This document shows positions 1 to 9,364 of a DNA stretch of 32,000 nt, piece after piece. The number at the start of each line of letters is the position of its first letter. Position 1 is the first letter of the stretch. The stretch covers positions 1 through 32,000 of the forward strand of contig JAKSVZ010000002.1 in NCBI GenBank assembly GCA_024407725.1, in the 5' to 3' direction. Made by a program: the position numbers and the translations under genes. This stretch comes from Opitutales bacterium. Its GTDB lineage: Bacteria; Verrucomicrobiota; Verrucomicrobiia; Opitutales; UBA9783. The notes below the pieces were generated by a model. That model saw nothing but the letters and a program-made list of their open reading frames with translations. It did no database searches and was not told the DNA's origin.

Positions 1-88
1 TATTCTGTACGGAATAATACTGTCGGGATCGCTCGTAGCTACTCCTATCGATTTTTCAGCCGAACAAGTAGCCATTAAACTAGGGCTG

Positions 89-2323
89 TTGTCATTAGCG
101 GAAACGAATCTAACCCCTCATGTATTGGATGAACCTCCAGCAGGGTTTACCTGTCGTCGATTACTCGCTCAAGTTCTATGTTATAAGGGTGACTTCCTCT
201 CTATGCGCCATCAGTTGCGTTTAACGCCACCGGATGCGAGCACTGCATTTTTAACCAGTTGGTACGAATGGAATACCCACAAGCGTGTTTATTTACTGCC
301 GCTCCTATTCGCGCCTCAATCCTCTTTGTTGGGTCAATTCTTATCGGACTACAATGCCGTAGTTTTGGAGCCCATAGGCTCTCCCAAATGGGCTCAATTT
401 TGGACCCGCTATCAATGGCAACACTTACCATCCTCTTGGGAACGGCTTGCCTTACAAATCAAAGAAACAATCACGCAAGGGAAAGGGAAAATCTTTTCTG
501 TTGCCTCATCCAATCTCAATCGAACAATCCATGATTTATTTCGCTCAGGTTGCTATGAAGACCTGTATCAAGTTTTAATTCAAAATTATGCTAAACTGGA
601 TGGAACCCAGTGGATTTATTGGATGCTCCAAATAAAACAGGCGATTCAAGCACCCGTTGATGATGCAATCCTGACGTACATCAATCGTGCATCGGTAACC
701 CATCAGAGCATTCATCCTGTATTAAAATACTGGCTGAAACAAACCCCCAACAATCAACGTTCTCAGCTCCTTTACCAATTGTATTGGGTTTATAAAAACA
801 AAAATGCGGCACCCCATGCTCAATACCTCCAGTTATTACAAGCCCAAAGTCTTATTCAAACAAAATCGGTTACATTGTCCAAACAAGCCATGGATAAGCT
901 TAAAAGCGTCGATCCATCGCTGCAATGGATGGCAGATAGTATTACAGCGCAAATAGCCCTGTCGGAAACGCCGCCAAATTACTCAACTGCTGCCTATTTA
1001 TTTGAACAAGCAAGCAAAAAAGCTCCGGATAAGCATCAACGCTACGAATGTGAACTGCTCGCGTTTCGTTGTTATAATCTATCAGGCAATTATGAACGCG
1101 GGTACGCACTGTATCAAAATTACTTCTGGCACACCGCTCAATTTAACAACTTTCCACCAGAATCATTTATTAAAGAAGGCTGTTTTTGCGGAATTTTAGG
1201 CCATCAAAGTGCTGCAAGTCTTGAAAAAGACCTACAGGGGTATGAAGCTAAACTGTTGTTATCGAGCGCTTCCCTACGTTCTATCCGATTTGCATGGATT
1301 CGTCACAATTTTGAAGCAGGCAATACAACAGAAGTCTTAGAATACCTGCAACAGCCTGTGTTTCACATGCCATTCTATCGTACCGATGCAACGCTTTACC
1401 GCTCCAAATGCTTGCTAAAAGCAGGATTGGTGCAACAAGCCGATACGGTTTTAAACGCCCTCAAACCCAACGAATTAGCTCCTATCCATCAAGCGGATTA
1501 TTACTTGCTCAAAGGCTACCTAGCTCAAGCAGCAAACAATAACGCAGCGGCTCATCAGGCATTACAAAGCTTTTTCAACATCACAGGGGCGCTTCCCATC
1601 GATCTGAGGGCTCAGGCGACCTTACTACAAGCCCAATTGTATGCTAACGACCACAATCCGTTGAAAGCCAAACAAATTCTATTGGATTTCTTGCCTCAAA
1701 CCAATCTTGAATGGTACCCATTCATTGCCTTTCAAGCAGGGTGTTACAGCGAACGTATAAAACCAATTAATTGCGATGAGGTATTGGGTATTTTTAAAGA
1801 ACTTTATCTACGGCAACCGAATCATCCGCTAGCAAAAGATGGGCAAATCAAATCCGGACTTGTGTTGTTGCAACAAAATCGCCCGCAAATAGCCCAGATT
1901 ATTCTTGAGGATCTACTGCCTCATGTAAACGGAGAACAAGCACTGTGGGTTCGTTATTTGATTCAAAAATGCAAAATTATCGGTAACAGCCAACCCTTAG
2001 ACCTTTCTCAAGCCAAACTAGAAGCATTGTTGGCCAATCCCATGTCTTTAGCTCTTCAACTAGAAATAGAGCTTCAATTGGCGTTTGTGCAGCAAGCCAT
2101 GGGGGATCTTCCTGCCATGCAAAGTATCTTGCTGAAGGCCTGCCGACCGTTGTTTGAAGACAATGATCGAGAATTTACCTCTGTTGAGCTTTATTGGTTC
2201 AAACGCTGTCTATTTACCTTATATCGATACACAACAGACCCTCAAATGGCTCAACAAATCTATGGATTTTTGCAAGAATTAGGATTTGCGGAAGTTCCTC
2301 AAATAACCAACGACCATGAATGA
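89..2323 (+). CDS. Large helical-repeat (TPR-like) protein, function unknown; possibly 5'-partial
   Basis: 744-codon ORF from a TTG at 89. The same frame has no stop back to base 2, so the true start may lie upstream of the window. Leu/Gln/Ala/Tyr-rich helical-repeat-like composition. Its stop overlaps the next gene's start (2316-2323). Confidence 0.55.
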   Translation: MSLAETNLTPHVLDEPPAGFTCRRLLAQVLCYKGDFLSMRHQLRLTPPDASTAFLTSWYEWNTHKRVYLLPLLFAPQSSLLGQFLSDYNAVVLEPIGSPKWAQFWTRYQWQHLPSSWERLALQIKETITQGKGKIFSVASSNLNRTIHDLFRSGCYEDLYQVLIQNYAKLDGTQWIYWMLQIKQAIQAPVDDAILTYINRASVTHQSIHPVLKYWLKQTPNNQRSQLLYQLYWVYKNKNAAPHAQYLQLLQAQSLIQTKSVTLSKQAMDKLKSVDPSLQWMADSITAQIALSETPPNYSTAAYLFEQASKKAPDKHQRYECELLAFRCYNLSGNYERGYALYQNYFWHTAQFNNFPPESFIKEGCFCGILGHQSAASLEKDLQGYEAKLLLSSASLRSIRFAWIRHNFEAGNTTEVLEYLQQPVFHMPFYRTDATLYRSKCLLKAGLVQQADTVLNALKPNELAPIHQADYYLLKGYLAQAANNNAAAHQALQSFFNITGALPIDLRAQATLLQAQLYANDHNPLKAKQILLDFLPQTNLEWYPFIAFQAGCYSERIKPINCDEVLGIFKELYLRQPNHPLAKDGQIKSGLVLLQQNRPQIAQIILEDLLPHVNGEQALWVRYLIQKCKIIGNSQPLDLSQAKLEALLANPMSLALQLEIELQLAFVQQAMGDLPAMQSILLKACRPLFEDNDREFTSVELYWFKRCLFTLYRYTTDPQMAQQIYGFLQELGFAEVPQITNDHE

Positions 2324-3692
2324 TTGGGATGTGATTATTATAGGCGCCGGTTTATCGGGCCTAGGGGCTGGTATTCGGTTGGCCATTGCCAATAAAAAAG
2401 TACTGATGGTAGAACAGCATTCGGTTGTTGGCGGCCTCAATAGCTTTTTTGTCAAAAACGGTATCCTCTATGATGTTGGCTTGCATGCCATGACCAACTT
2501 TGTTCCTCGTGGTACCCCTCATCATCCCTTAACTCAATTGTGCCGCCAATTGCGCATCCCTTACGAAGCGCTTCAGTTGGAAGAACAACGAGCCTCTAAA
2601 ATCCAATTCCCAGACGTTACCTTAACCTTTACCAACCAATTTGAACAATTGTTGTCCGATGTCCGAACTCATTTCCCACAAGAAATAGATGGCCTATTAA
2701 AGCTCGATGCGGCGGTAATGGCTTGCGATGACCGCACGTTGGAATCAACCCCGTTTATATCCACCTGTAAAACCTTGCCTCAATGGATTCACGATCCTCT
2801 GCTGCAAAACATGCTGTTATTGCCATTGTTTTATTACGGAAGTGCGCATACCGACGATATCGATTGGCGCCAATTCTGCACCCTCTATAAGGCTATTTAT
2901 AAAGAAGGATTCGCCCGCCCCAAGGGAGGCATTCGCCCGCTATTAAAACTGCTGGTACAACAATATCATACCCATGGAGGTGTTTTACGGCTAAAAACTC
3001 CCATTCAATCGATTGTGTTGGAAGGAAACAAAGCAACAGGGGTTGTATTGCAATCCGGCGAAGTTCTTCACGCTCACTGCATTCTATCGTCTGCCGGTTA
3101 CCGCGAAACGCAAGCGCTTGCATCCTCAGTCACCCAAGCGCCTCAACCCACCTTAAGTTTTGTCGAAACCATAACGGTTTATCCGCAACCACCCCAAGCG
3201 TTAGGGCTCGATACAACCATCTGCTTCTTTAATCAACAATCAACGATTCATTATCATACGCCAGAATCCTTAATCGACTTAACAAGCGGCGTTATTTGTA
3301 TCCCTGAAAATTACGGAACCCAATCGGCACAGCAAACAACGTTACGAACCACCCATTTGGCTAATTATGCCGCTTGGAAGCAGTTAGCGCCATCGGATTA
3401 CGCAGCCAACAAACAAAGCTGCTTAAAGCAATCCCGCGCATGTGCTTTTGAGCAAACTCAAGGGAAAGAGCCATCAAGTATTCTAGGGGAAGACGTTTTT
3501 ACGCCGCTCACCATTGAACGCTTTACGGGGCATCGTCAGGGCGCTATCTACGGCTCTCCAAACAAAATGCACAATCGATCTAGCGGATACGAAAACCTTT
3601 ACCTTTGCGGCACCGATCAAGGCTTTTTGGGCATCGTCGGCGCCTTATTAAGCGGTATTTCGATTGCTAATTATCGCTGCTTACAGGGATGA
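2316..3692 (+). CDS. NAD(P)/FAD-dependent oxidoreductase (phytoene-desaturase / amine-oxidase-like fold)
   Basis: N-terminal dinucleotide-binding fingerprint WDVIIIGAGLSGLGAGIRLA...VLMVEQ. 458 aa. Translationally coupled to the upstream ORF by an 8-nt overlap. Confidence 0.75.
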   Translation: MNDWDVIIIGAGLSGLGAGIRLAIANKKVLMVEQHSVVGGLNSFFVKNGILYDVGLHAMTNFVPRGTPHHPLTQLCRQLRIPYEALQLEEQRASKIQFPDVTLTFTNQFEQLLSDVRTHFPQEIDGLLKLDAAVMACDDRTLESTPFISTCKTLPQWIHDPLLQNMLLLPLFYYGSAHTDDIDWRQFCTLYKAIYKEGFARPKGGIRPLLKLLVQQYHTHGGVLRLKTPIQSIVLEGNKATGVVLQSGEVLHAHCILSSAGYRETQALASSVTQAPQPTLSFVETITVYPQPPQALGLDTTICFFNQQSTIHYHTPESLIDLTSGVICIPENYGTQSAQQTTLRTTHLANYAAWKQLAPSDYAANKQSCLKQSRACAFEQTQGKEPSSILGEDVFTPLTIERFTGHRQGAIYGSPNKMHNRSSGYENLYLCGTDQGFLGIVGALLSGISIANYRCLQG

Positions 3693-3732
3693 ACGTTTGG
3701 CGTTAACGAGAAAAGCGTGAGGGCACAAGGGC

Positions 3733-5091
3733 TTACCTCATTTTCCCAATTCCGTACGCGTTAAATCCAATGGAACGCAGCTGTTCTAAATCCAACCCAT
3801 TACGACCGTCGAACAAGAAGGTTGGGCGTTTCATAAGGGTATACAAATGCTTATAATTCAACGAAATAAAGGGTTCGCCTTCAGTCAAGATAACGATTGC
3901 ATAGCTACCGCGCGCAGCCTGTTCCGGATCCGACACGACTTCAACCGCTTCGGAAGGATAACCTGCTAAATCCCTACGAATTACCGATTCCGGTACCCGT
4001 GGGTCATAAATCGATAAAAACGCTTGTTCTTTCAATAAATCCTGGCAAACGGTAATTGCAGGAGATTCACGCGTATCATTGGTATCCTGCTTAAACGCAA
4101 AGCCAAAAATAGCAATTTTTTTGCCCGATAAGGTATTAAACAGCTTTTCTAAAATCAAACGCGCAAAACGATGCTTTTGGTGCTCGTTCATGTCCACTAC
4201 TTGCTGCCAATACAGCGCGGATTCTTTCAACCCAAAGGATTCGCACAGATAGATCAGATTTAACAGATCCTTTTTAAAGCAAGAACCCCCAAAACCAACT
4301 GAACTCTTTAGGAATTTAGCACCAATACGGCTATCAGCACCAATTGCGCGCGAAATTTCATCGATATCCGCTCCTGAACACTCGCACAAAGCCGATAGGG
4401 CGTTGATCGAGGAAATACGTTGAGCCAAAAAGGCATTAGCCGACAGCTTGGACAATTCGCTGGACCACAGGTTTTGAGTAATAATTTTTTCTCTCGGTAC
4501 CCAATGAGCATAAATATCCACTAGAGTTTGAATCGCCTGTTTACCGCTTTCAGTTTGCTCGCCTCCAATCAAAATACGATCGGGATGGCGTAAGTCTTGC
4601 ATAGCGGTTCCTTCAGCCATAAATTCCGGATTGGACAGAATTTCAAAATGACACTGATGCGGATTGCTCGCCAAAATCGCCCGCAATTTGTTAGCGGTAC
4701 ACACTGGCAACGTGGACTTTTCAACAATAATTTTATCCGAGGTGGCTAAAGCCGCAATACGTTCAACCGCACTAACAATATACTTCAAGTCCGAAGCTTT
4801 TCCTGCTCCCTCTCCATATTGCTTGGTTGGGGTGTTAACGGACAAAAAGATAACATCGGATTCTTGGATAGCAGTATCAATATCCGTCGTAAAGGATAGG
4901 TTACGTCCACGGAGCTTTTTAACCGTTTCCGCTAACCCCGGTTCATACACAGGTAATTGATCTGAATTCCAAGCATCAATTCGCTGCTGATTAATATCAG
5001 CAACCCTTACTTGTACTTCAGGGCATTGTTCGGCAATAACAACCATCGTTGGACCACCAACATAACCCGCTCCAATACTGCAAATCTTCAT
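3733..5091 (-). CDS. ugd: UDP-glucose 6-dehydrogenase (animal/plant-like type)
   Basis: MKICSIGAGYVGGPT Rossmann start, catalytic-Cys box GFGGSCFKKD, and NPEFMAEGTA, WSSELSKL.ANAFLAQRISSIN and DTRESPA motifs. As far as I recall, it is collinear with eukaryotic UGDH. Confidence 0.9.
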   Translation of the reverse strand: MKICSIGAGYVGGPTMVVIAEQCPEVQVRVADINQQRIDAWNSDQLPVYEPGLAETVKKLRGRNLSFTTDIDTAIQESDVIFLSVNTPTKQYGEGAGKASDLKYIVSAVERIAALATSDKIIVEKSTLPVCTANKLRAILASNPHQCHFEILSNPEFMAEGTAMQDLRHPDRILIGGEQTESGKQAIQTLVDIYAHWVPREKIITQNLWSSELSKLSANAFLAQRISSINALSALCECSGADIDEISRAIGADSRIGAKFLKSSVGFGGSCFKKDLLNLIYLCESFGLKESALYWQQVVDMNEHQKHRFARLILEKLFNTLSGKKIAIFGFAFKQDTNDTRESPAITVCQDLLKEQAFLSIYDPRVPESVIRRDLAGYPSEAVEVVSDPEQAARGSYAIVILTEGEPFISLNYKHLYTLMKRPTFLFDGRNGLDLEQLRSIGFNAYGIGKMR

Positions 5092-5173
5092 GCCCTTATA
5101 GGAGCTCCTTTTGCCCTAATTGTCAAACTCAAAGCCATTCCTCCCCCAAGGTAAAGCCGACCTAGCACTGCCC

Positions 5174-6037
5174 TTAGAACGTTCTACCTACGCCCAAATA
5201 GATTTGGTCGGAATGGAAATTAGCCAGCTTCGGGATTTCGTACCCGTAGCATTTAGCCCCAAACACCTGATGCAAGCCAATATGGCGGTAACCGACTTCA
5301 AATAACGTTTCAAACTTTTCAGCGCGTACAAACAGGCTAAAGTTGTACAGCAACGAGCCGGAATGGATGTACTTACGACGTTCACTAAGCCAAGTACAAG
5401 TAGCCCAATCACCAGCAGCAACATCCCATATTTGCCAATAGTCCAGTGTCGTAAATTTGGTACAGACATAAGCACCACCAAGTCCGCCGCCGATACCAGC
5501 GGATAACCAATCTAAGATATATTGTTCCCAATAGGCATTAACTTGAGCTCCAGCAATGCGTTGGTTTTTGAGATAAAACATTTTTTCATTCCAGTTCCAT
5601 ATCGGATTTCCAGCATTATCTCGTAAATAACTATATCTTAAACCACGAAAATCGGATTGATAAGGTATGTTGACCCCATTAACTTCTTTATTGTAAGGTG
5701 CGCGTTTCTTTACGCTGACATAAGCTCCTAGAATTTCTACTTCTAAGCCTAAAGATCCAATATTGAACACATCGAATCGTCCGCCTAAAGCAACTGATAA
5801 ATTGCGGTGATTGCTGTATGGAATTTTACCCGATGTACAATCAGCGTCTCGTACTATGGCTTCATGTGTTATGCCAATGCCCTCTGGCTCTCCTCGGTTC
5901 CCTTTCTCAAACTGTCCCCAATCGTCTCCCTTCAGCTCCCCAAATCCCGAACGTACCATGACGTACAAACCATAACAGGGAGTACTCATGCCTAAGGTTA
6001 GGCTTAAAGTAAACAACGATATCCAATAGCTACGCAT
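5174..6037 (-). CDS. Outer-membrane beta-barrel protein (family unclear)
   Basis: Signal-peptide-like N-terminus MRSYWISLFTLSLTLGMSTPCYG. Gly/aromatic-rich alternating segments. C-terminus ...YLGVGRTF ends in Phe, as is typical of barrel OMPs. Confidence 0.6.
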   Translation of the reverse strand: MRSYWISLFTLSLTLGMSTPCYGLYVMVRSGFGELKGDDWGQFEKGNRGEPEGIGITHEAIVRDADCTSGKIPYSNHRNLSVALGGRFDVFNIGSLGLEVEILGAYVSVKKRAPYNKEVNGVNIPYQSDFRGLRYSYLRDNAGNPIWNWNEKMFYLKNQRIAGAQVNAYWEQYILDWLSAGIGGGLGGAYVCTKFTTLDYWQIWDVAAGDWATCTWLSERRKYIHSGSLLYNFSLFVRAEKFETLFEVGYRHIGLHQVFGAKCYGYEIPKLANFHSDQIYLGVGRTF

Positions 6038-6114
6038 TTACTTATAAATAAATAAGAAAATGATGCGAAAACAAGCTATAAAAAGAGAGTAAGAAGAAGA
6101 AGAAAACCGCTTCC

Positions 6115-6200
<86 letters not shown>

Positions 6201-6205
<5 letters not shown>

Positions 6206-6239
6206 GTTTAACTAAAAACTAAGTTTAGTTAAACGGAGT
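6201..6239. other. Perfect 16-bp inverted repeat (7-nt loop) between the hppA stop and the tRNA; one arm contains tRNA nucleotides 1-5
   Basis: ACTCCGTTTAACTAAA (6201-6216) and TTTAGTTAAACGGAGT (6224-6239) are exact reverse complements. A T-run (GATTTTTT) follows on the plus strand only. Confidence 0.6.
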
Positions 6240-6277
6240 ATCTTGATTTTTTCAAGTTTATTTAAAACGCTCTTTGT

Positions 6278-8449
6278 TTAATGACAGGCGAGCGTTAAGC
6301 CAACTCCGATAATCGAAACAATCGACATCAGTTTCAGAAGGATGTTAAGGCTTGGTCCTGCTGTATCTTTAAAGGGATCACCAACGGTATCCCCAATAAC
6401 AGCTGCCTTATGAGCCTCCGTACCTTTGCCCCCGAACTTTCCGGTTTCGATGTATTTTTTAGCATTATCCCAAGCACCCCCAGCATTGGCCATAAAGATA
6501 GCCAAAACGAATCCGCTGGATAAGGTACCGGCCAACATACCGATTACCCCAGGAACGCCAAATAGCACTCCCACGATAAAGGGGAAGCAGACGCACAAAA
6601 GGGCAGGCACAATCATCTCTTTTTGCGCCGATTCGGTTGAAATCTTAACGCACAAGGAATAATCAGGCTTTGCTTCACCAGTTAAAATTCCTTTGATTTC
6701 CCTAAACTGGCGGCGTACTTCATCGACCATTTTGGAAGCTGCACGACCCACCGCATTCATCGATAATCCGCAGAATACAAACGCCAGCATGGAACCGATA
6801 AACATACCCATGAGCACTTTCGGATTGAGCAAATGCACATCGAAGTAATGCATCAATTGGGTAAAATCGATATCCGAAACATTGACTGAGCGACCATCAA
6901 CCATAACCGTTGTATGTCCGGCGCGCGCCAATCCCATTTTGAGCTCTTGTACATAAGAGGCAATCAGGGCTAAGGCCGTTAAGGCTGCAGAACCAATTGC
7001 AAACCCTTTTCCGGTAGCGGCCGTGGTGTTTCCAATTGCATCCAAAGCATCGGTACGGGTACGAACTTCTTCAGGCAATCCGCTCATTTCAGCGTTTCCA
7101 CCGGCGTTATCTGCAATAGGACCATACGCATCCGTTGCTAAGGTAATTCCCAAGGTGGATAGCATACCAACCGCGGCTAAACCGATTCCGTACAAACCAC
7201 GATTGAACAAAGACAGTTGGAAGCGTGAGGCAAAGCCGAAAGCCAAGGCCATTCCAATAACAACGGCAAATACCGGTAACATGGTCGATACCATTCCTTC
7301 ACCTAACCCACCAATAACCACTGGACCTGCTCCTGTATCTGCTTTTTCAGCAATACGGCGGGTTGGGCTATAATCGCTGGATGTATAGTATTCGCAACCC
7401 TTTCCGATTACGATACCGGTAATTAAACCAGCAACCAACGCTGACCATAACGCAGCGTCAAAGCCTAAAATCCGGCATAAGAAATAAGAAACAACAATCA
7501 ATCCACCTGCCGCTATATGAATTCCTTTATCCAAGGCCTTTAAAATCGATTTTCCGGATTCTGCTCCAGTAACTTTTACGTTAAAAATACCTACCAACGA
7601 TAAGAAGATACCAAAAGCTCCTACGAGTACAGGCGCTAATACTGCATTCCATTGCAGGTCAGAATTTGCAAAGGCAATTGCACCTAAAGAAGCAGCTGCA
7701 ATGATCGAGCCATAGTAAGATTCATACAAATCAGCTCCCATTCCTGCAACATCCCCTACATTATCTCCAACGTTATCTGCAATCGTCGCTGGATTTCTTG
7801 GATCATCTTCAGGAATATTGGCTTCTACTTTACCCACTAAATCAGCACCAACATCTGCTGCTTTTGTAAAAATTCCACCGCCAACACGCGCTAGCAATGC
7901 ATTTAAGGAAGCTCCAACCCCGAAGGTAACCATCGTGGTTGTGATCAACGTGGCACGTTCGCTTGATGGAATATTTCCCGTAAACTGATTCAAAACAAAG
8001 AACCAGAATGAATAATCGAGAATCGCCAAGCCTACGACCACCAATCCCATAACGGAACCGCTACGGAAAGCAATCATCAATCCTTTGTTCAATGAATGAC
8101 GAGCGGCTTCTGCCGTACGAGCTGAAGCTGCAGTTGCTGTTTTCATTCCTAAGAATCCAGCAAGACCCGAAAAGAATCCACTCGATAAAAATGCAAACGG
8201 TACCCATTGGTTTTGCAATTGGAACCCATAGGCTAAAATCGCTAAAAATATAGCTAAGCAACCAAATAAGCATGCTACAATCTTATACTGTTGCTTTAAG
8301 TAGGCCATGGCTCCTTCGCGCACATACCCTGCAATGGTACGCATCGTTTCGTTACCTTCATCTGCTTGCCTCATTTGCCCATAAAAATAGGCGGCAAATC
8401 CTAGGGCTGTTAAACCCGCTAATGGCGCTAGCCAGAACAATCCACTCAT
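6278..8449 (-). CDS. hppA: Membrane-bound ion-translocating pyrophosphatase, K+-dependent-type signature
   Basis: 723-aa polytopic protein with the hallmark motifs [29 protein letters not shown] and [11 protein letters not shown]. The [10 protein letters not shown] box has Ala, not Lys, which is the residue reported to mark K+-dependent enzymes. Confidence 0.93.
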   Translation of the reverse strand: MSGLFWLAPLAGLTALGFAAYFYGQMRQADEGNETMRTIAGYVREGAMAYLKQQYKIVACLFGCLAIFLAILAYGFQLQNQWVPFAFLSSGFFSGLAGFLGMKTATAASARTAEAARHSLNKGLMIAFRSGSVMGLVVVGLAILDYSFWFFVLNQFTGNIPSSERATLITTTMVTFGVGASLNALLARVGGGIFTKAADVGADLVGKVEANIPEDDPRNPATIADNVGDNVGDVAGMGADLYESYYGSIIAAASLGAIAFANSDLQWNAVLAPVLVGAFGIFLSLVGIFNVKVTGAESGKSILKALDKGIHIAAGGLIVVSYFLCRILGFDAALWSALVAGLITGIVIGKGCEYYTSSDYSPTRRIAEKADTGAGPVVIGGLGEGMVSTMLPVFAVVIGMALAFGFASRFQLSLFNRGLYGIGLAAVGMLSTLGITLATDAYGPIADNAGGNAEMSGLPEEVRTRTDALDAIGNTTAATGKGFAIGSAALTALALIASYVQELKMGLARAGHTTVMVDGRSVNVSDIDFTQLMHYFDVHLLNPKVLMGMFIGSMLAFVFCGLSMNAVGRAASKMVDEVRRQFREIKGILTGEAKPDYSLCVKISTESAQKEMIVPALLCVCFPFIVGVLFGVPGVIGMLAGTLSSGFVLAIFMANAGGAWDNAKKYIETGKFGGKGTEAHKAAVIGDTVGDPFKDTAGPSLNILLKLMSIVSIIGVGLTLACH

Positions 8450-8473
8450 AATCCTTATTATTTTTACAATTTC

Positions 8474-8501
8474 AGTATAGTTACTTTAAAAAATTTTACA
8501 A
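8474..8501 (-). promoter_or_regulatory. Candidate promoter of hppA (TTGTAA-N16-TATACT read on the minus strand)
   Basis: Minus-strand read is cTTGTAAaattttttaaagtaacTATACTgaaattgtaaaaataAAGGAttATG. An AAGGA ribosome-binding site sits just before the ATG. Confidence 0.35.
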
Positions 8502-8525
8502 GCCCCTTAACGAAACTTCCCTTCC

Positions 8526-9239
8526 TCAATAATTAAAATCCAGCTGAATCGATGTAATACCTTTTTCGCGGATTAACGAACGCAACTTCGCATCTTGTTC
8601 CTCAAAACCCGGCATGCAATGCACATGCGTTACCACCAACATATGCTTAATTTTTTTGTACAAACCAGTTTCAATCAGTTTAATCACAATCGGGTATTCG
8701 CACCCTTCTACTGCCAGCTTTAAAACATCAATGTCCGTCTGCAAATCCTCAATAAAAGCACATAAATCGATACATTCAATATCGATGGTATCGCCCTTAA
8801 AGCTTTTACGTACGTTATAGATAGAGCTTTCTTCTGAAAAGAAAACATCGTATTTCCCATAAGACTCTAAATACAGTTTCGTATTCAACGGCTTATCTAA
8901 AACTCCCTTTTGATACAAATGGACATTGGGATTCGACCCAAATTTCTTTTGTAATTCTGCGATACACTTGGGATTGGGTTCAAATCCGTAAACAACTGCA
9001 CCCTTTTCGACAAACAATTGCGCTACTTGCCCTAAATTCATCCCGCAATCAATATAAATAGCTCCAGGTTTTAATGCCTGATACCAATCGGTGTTTCGGA
9101 GTTCTTCTAAGCATCGTTCTTCACGACCCGTAGAACCCATCCATTTAACCAACATGGCTCTAGCGCGCTCAGGGAAAGCCCATCGGACGCACGCACGAAT
9201 AACCCCGTTTTCATATAATTTACGCAAAAAATGCTTCAT
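8526..9239 (-). CDS. FkbM-family SAM-dependent methyltransferase
   Basis: SAM-binding-like IYIDCGMNLGQVAQLF followed by VYGFEPNP. The size (237 aa) and layout are typical of the FkbM family. Confidence 0.7.
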   Translation of the reverse strand: MKHFLRKLYENGVIRACVRWAFPERARAMLVKWMGSTGREERCLEELRNTDWYQALKPGAIYIDCGMNLGQVAQLFVEKGAVVYGFEPNPKCIAELQKKFGSNPNVHLYQKGVLDKPLNTKLYLESYGKYDVFFSEESSIYNVRKSFKGDTIDIECIDLCAFIEDLQTDIDVLKLAVEGCEYPIVIKLIETGLYKKIKHMLVVTHVHCMPGFEEQDAKLRSLIREKGITSIQLDFNY

Positions 9240-9364
9240 ACGTATCTTTGGTGTAAAAGAAAATCAGTTTTGTAGCAAGCACAAGTTCATACATGAATTT
9301 GTCTCTTTTTAAAATAAGCTTGATTATCAGAAAACTAATTTACACCTTTTTTGATAGTTGCTTC

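Noticed and set aside
9293-9364. A 24-codon N-terminal extension of topB (MNLSLFKISLIIRKLIYTFFDSCF).
   Set aside because: The conserved Toprim start MKQLVIAEKPS begins at the ATG at 9365. The extension is AT-rich promoter-like sequence.
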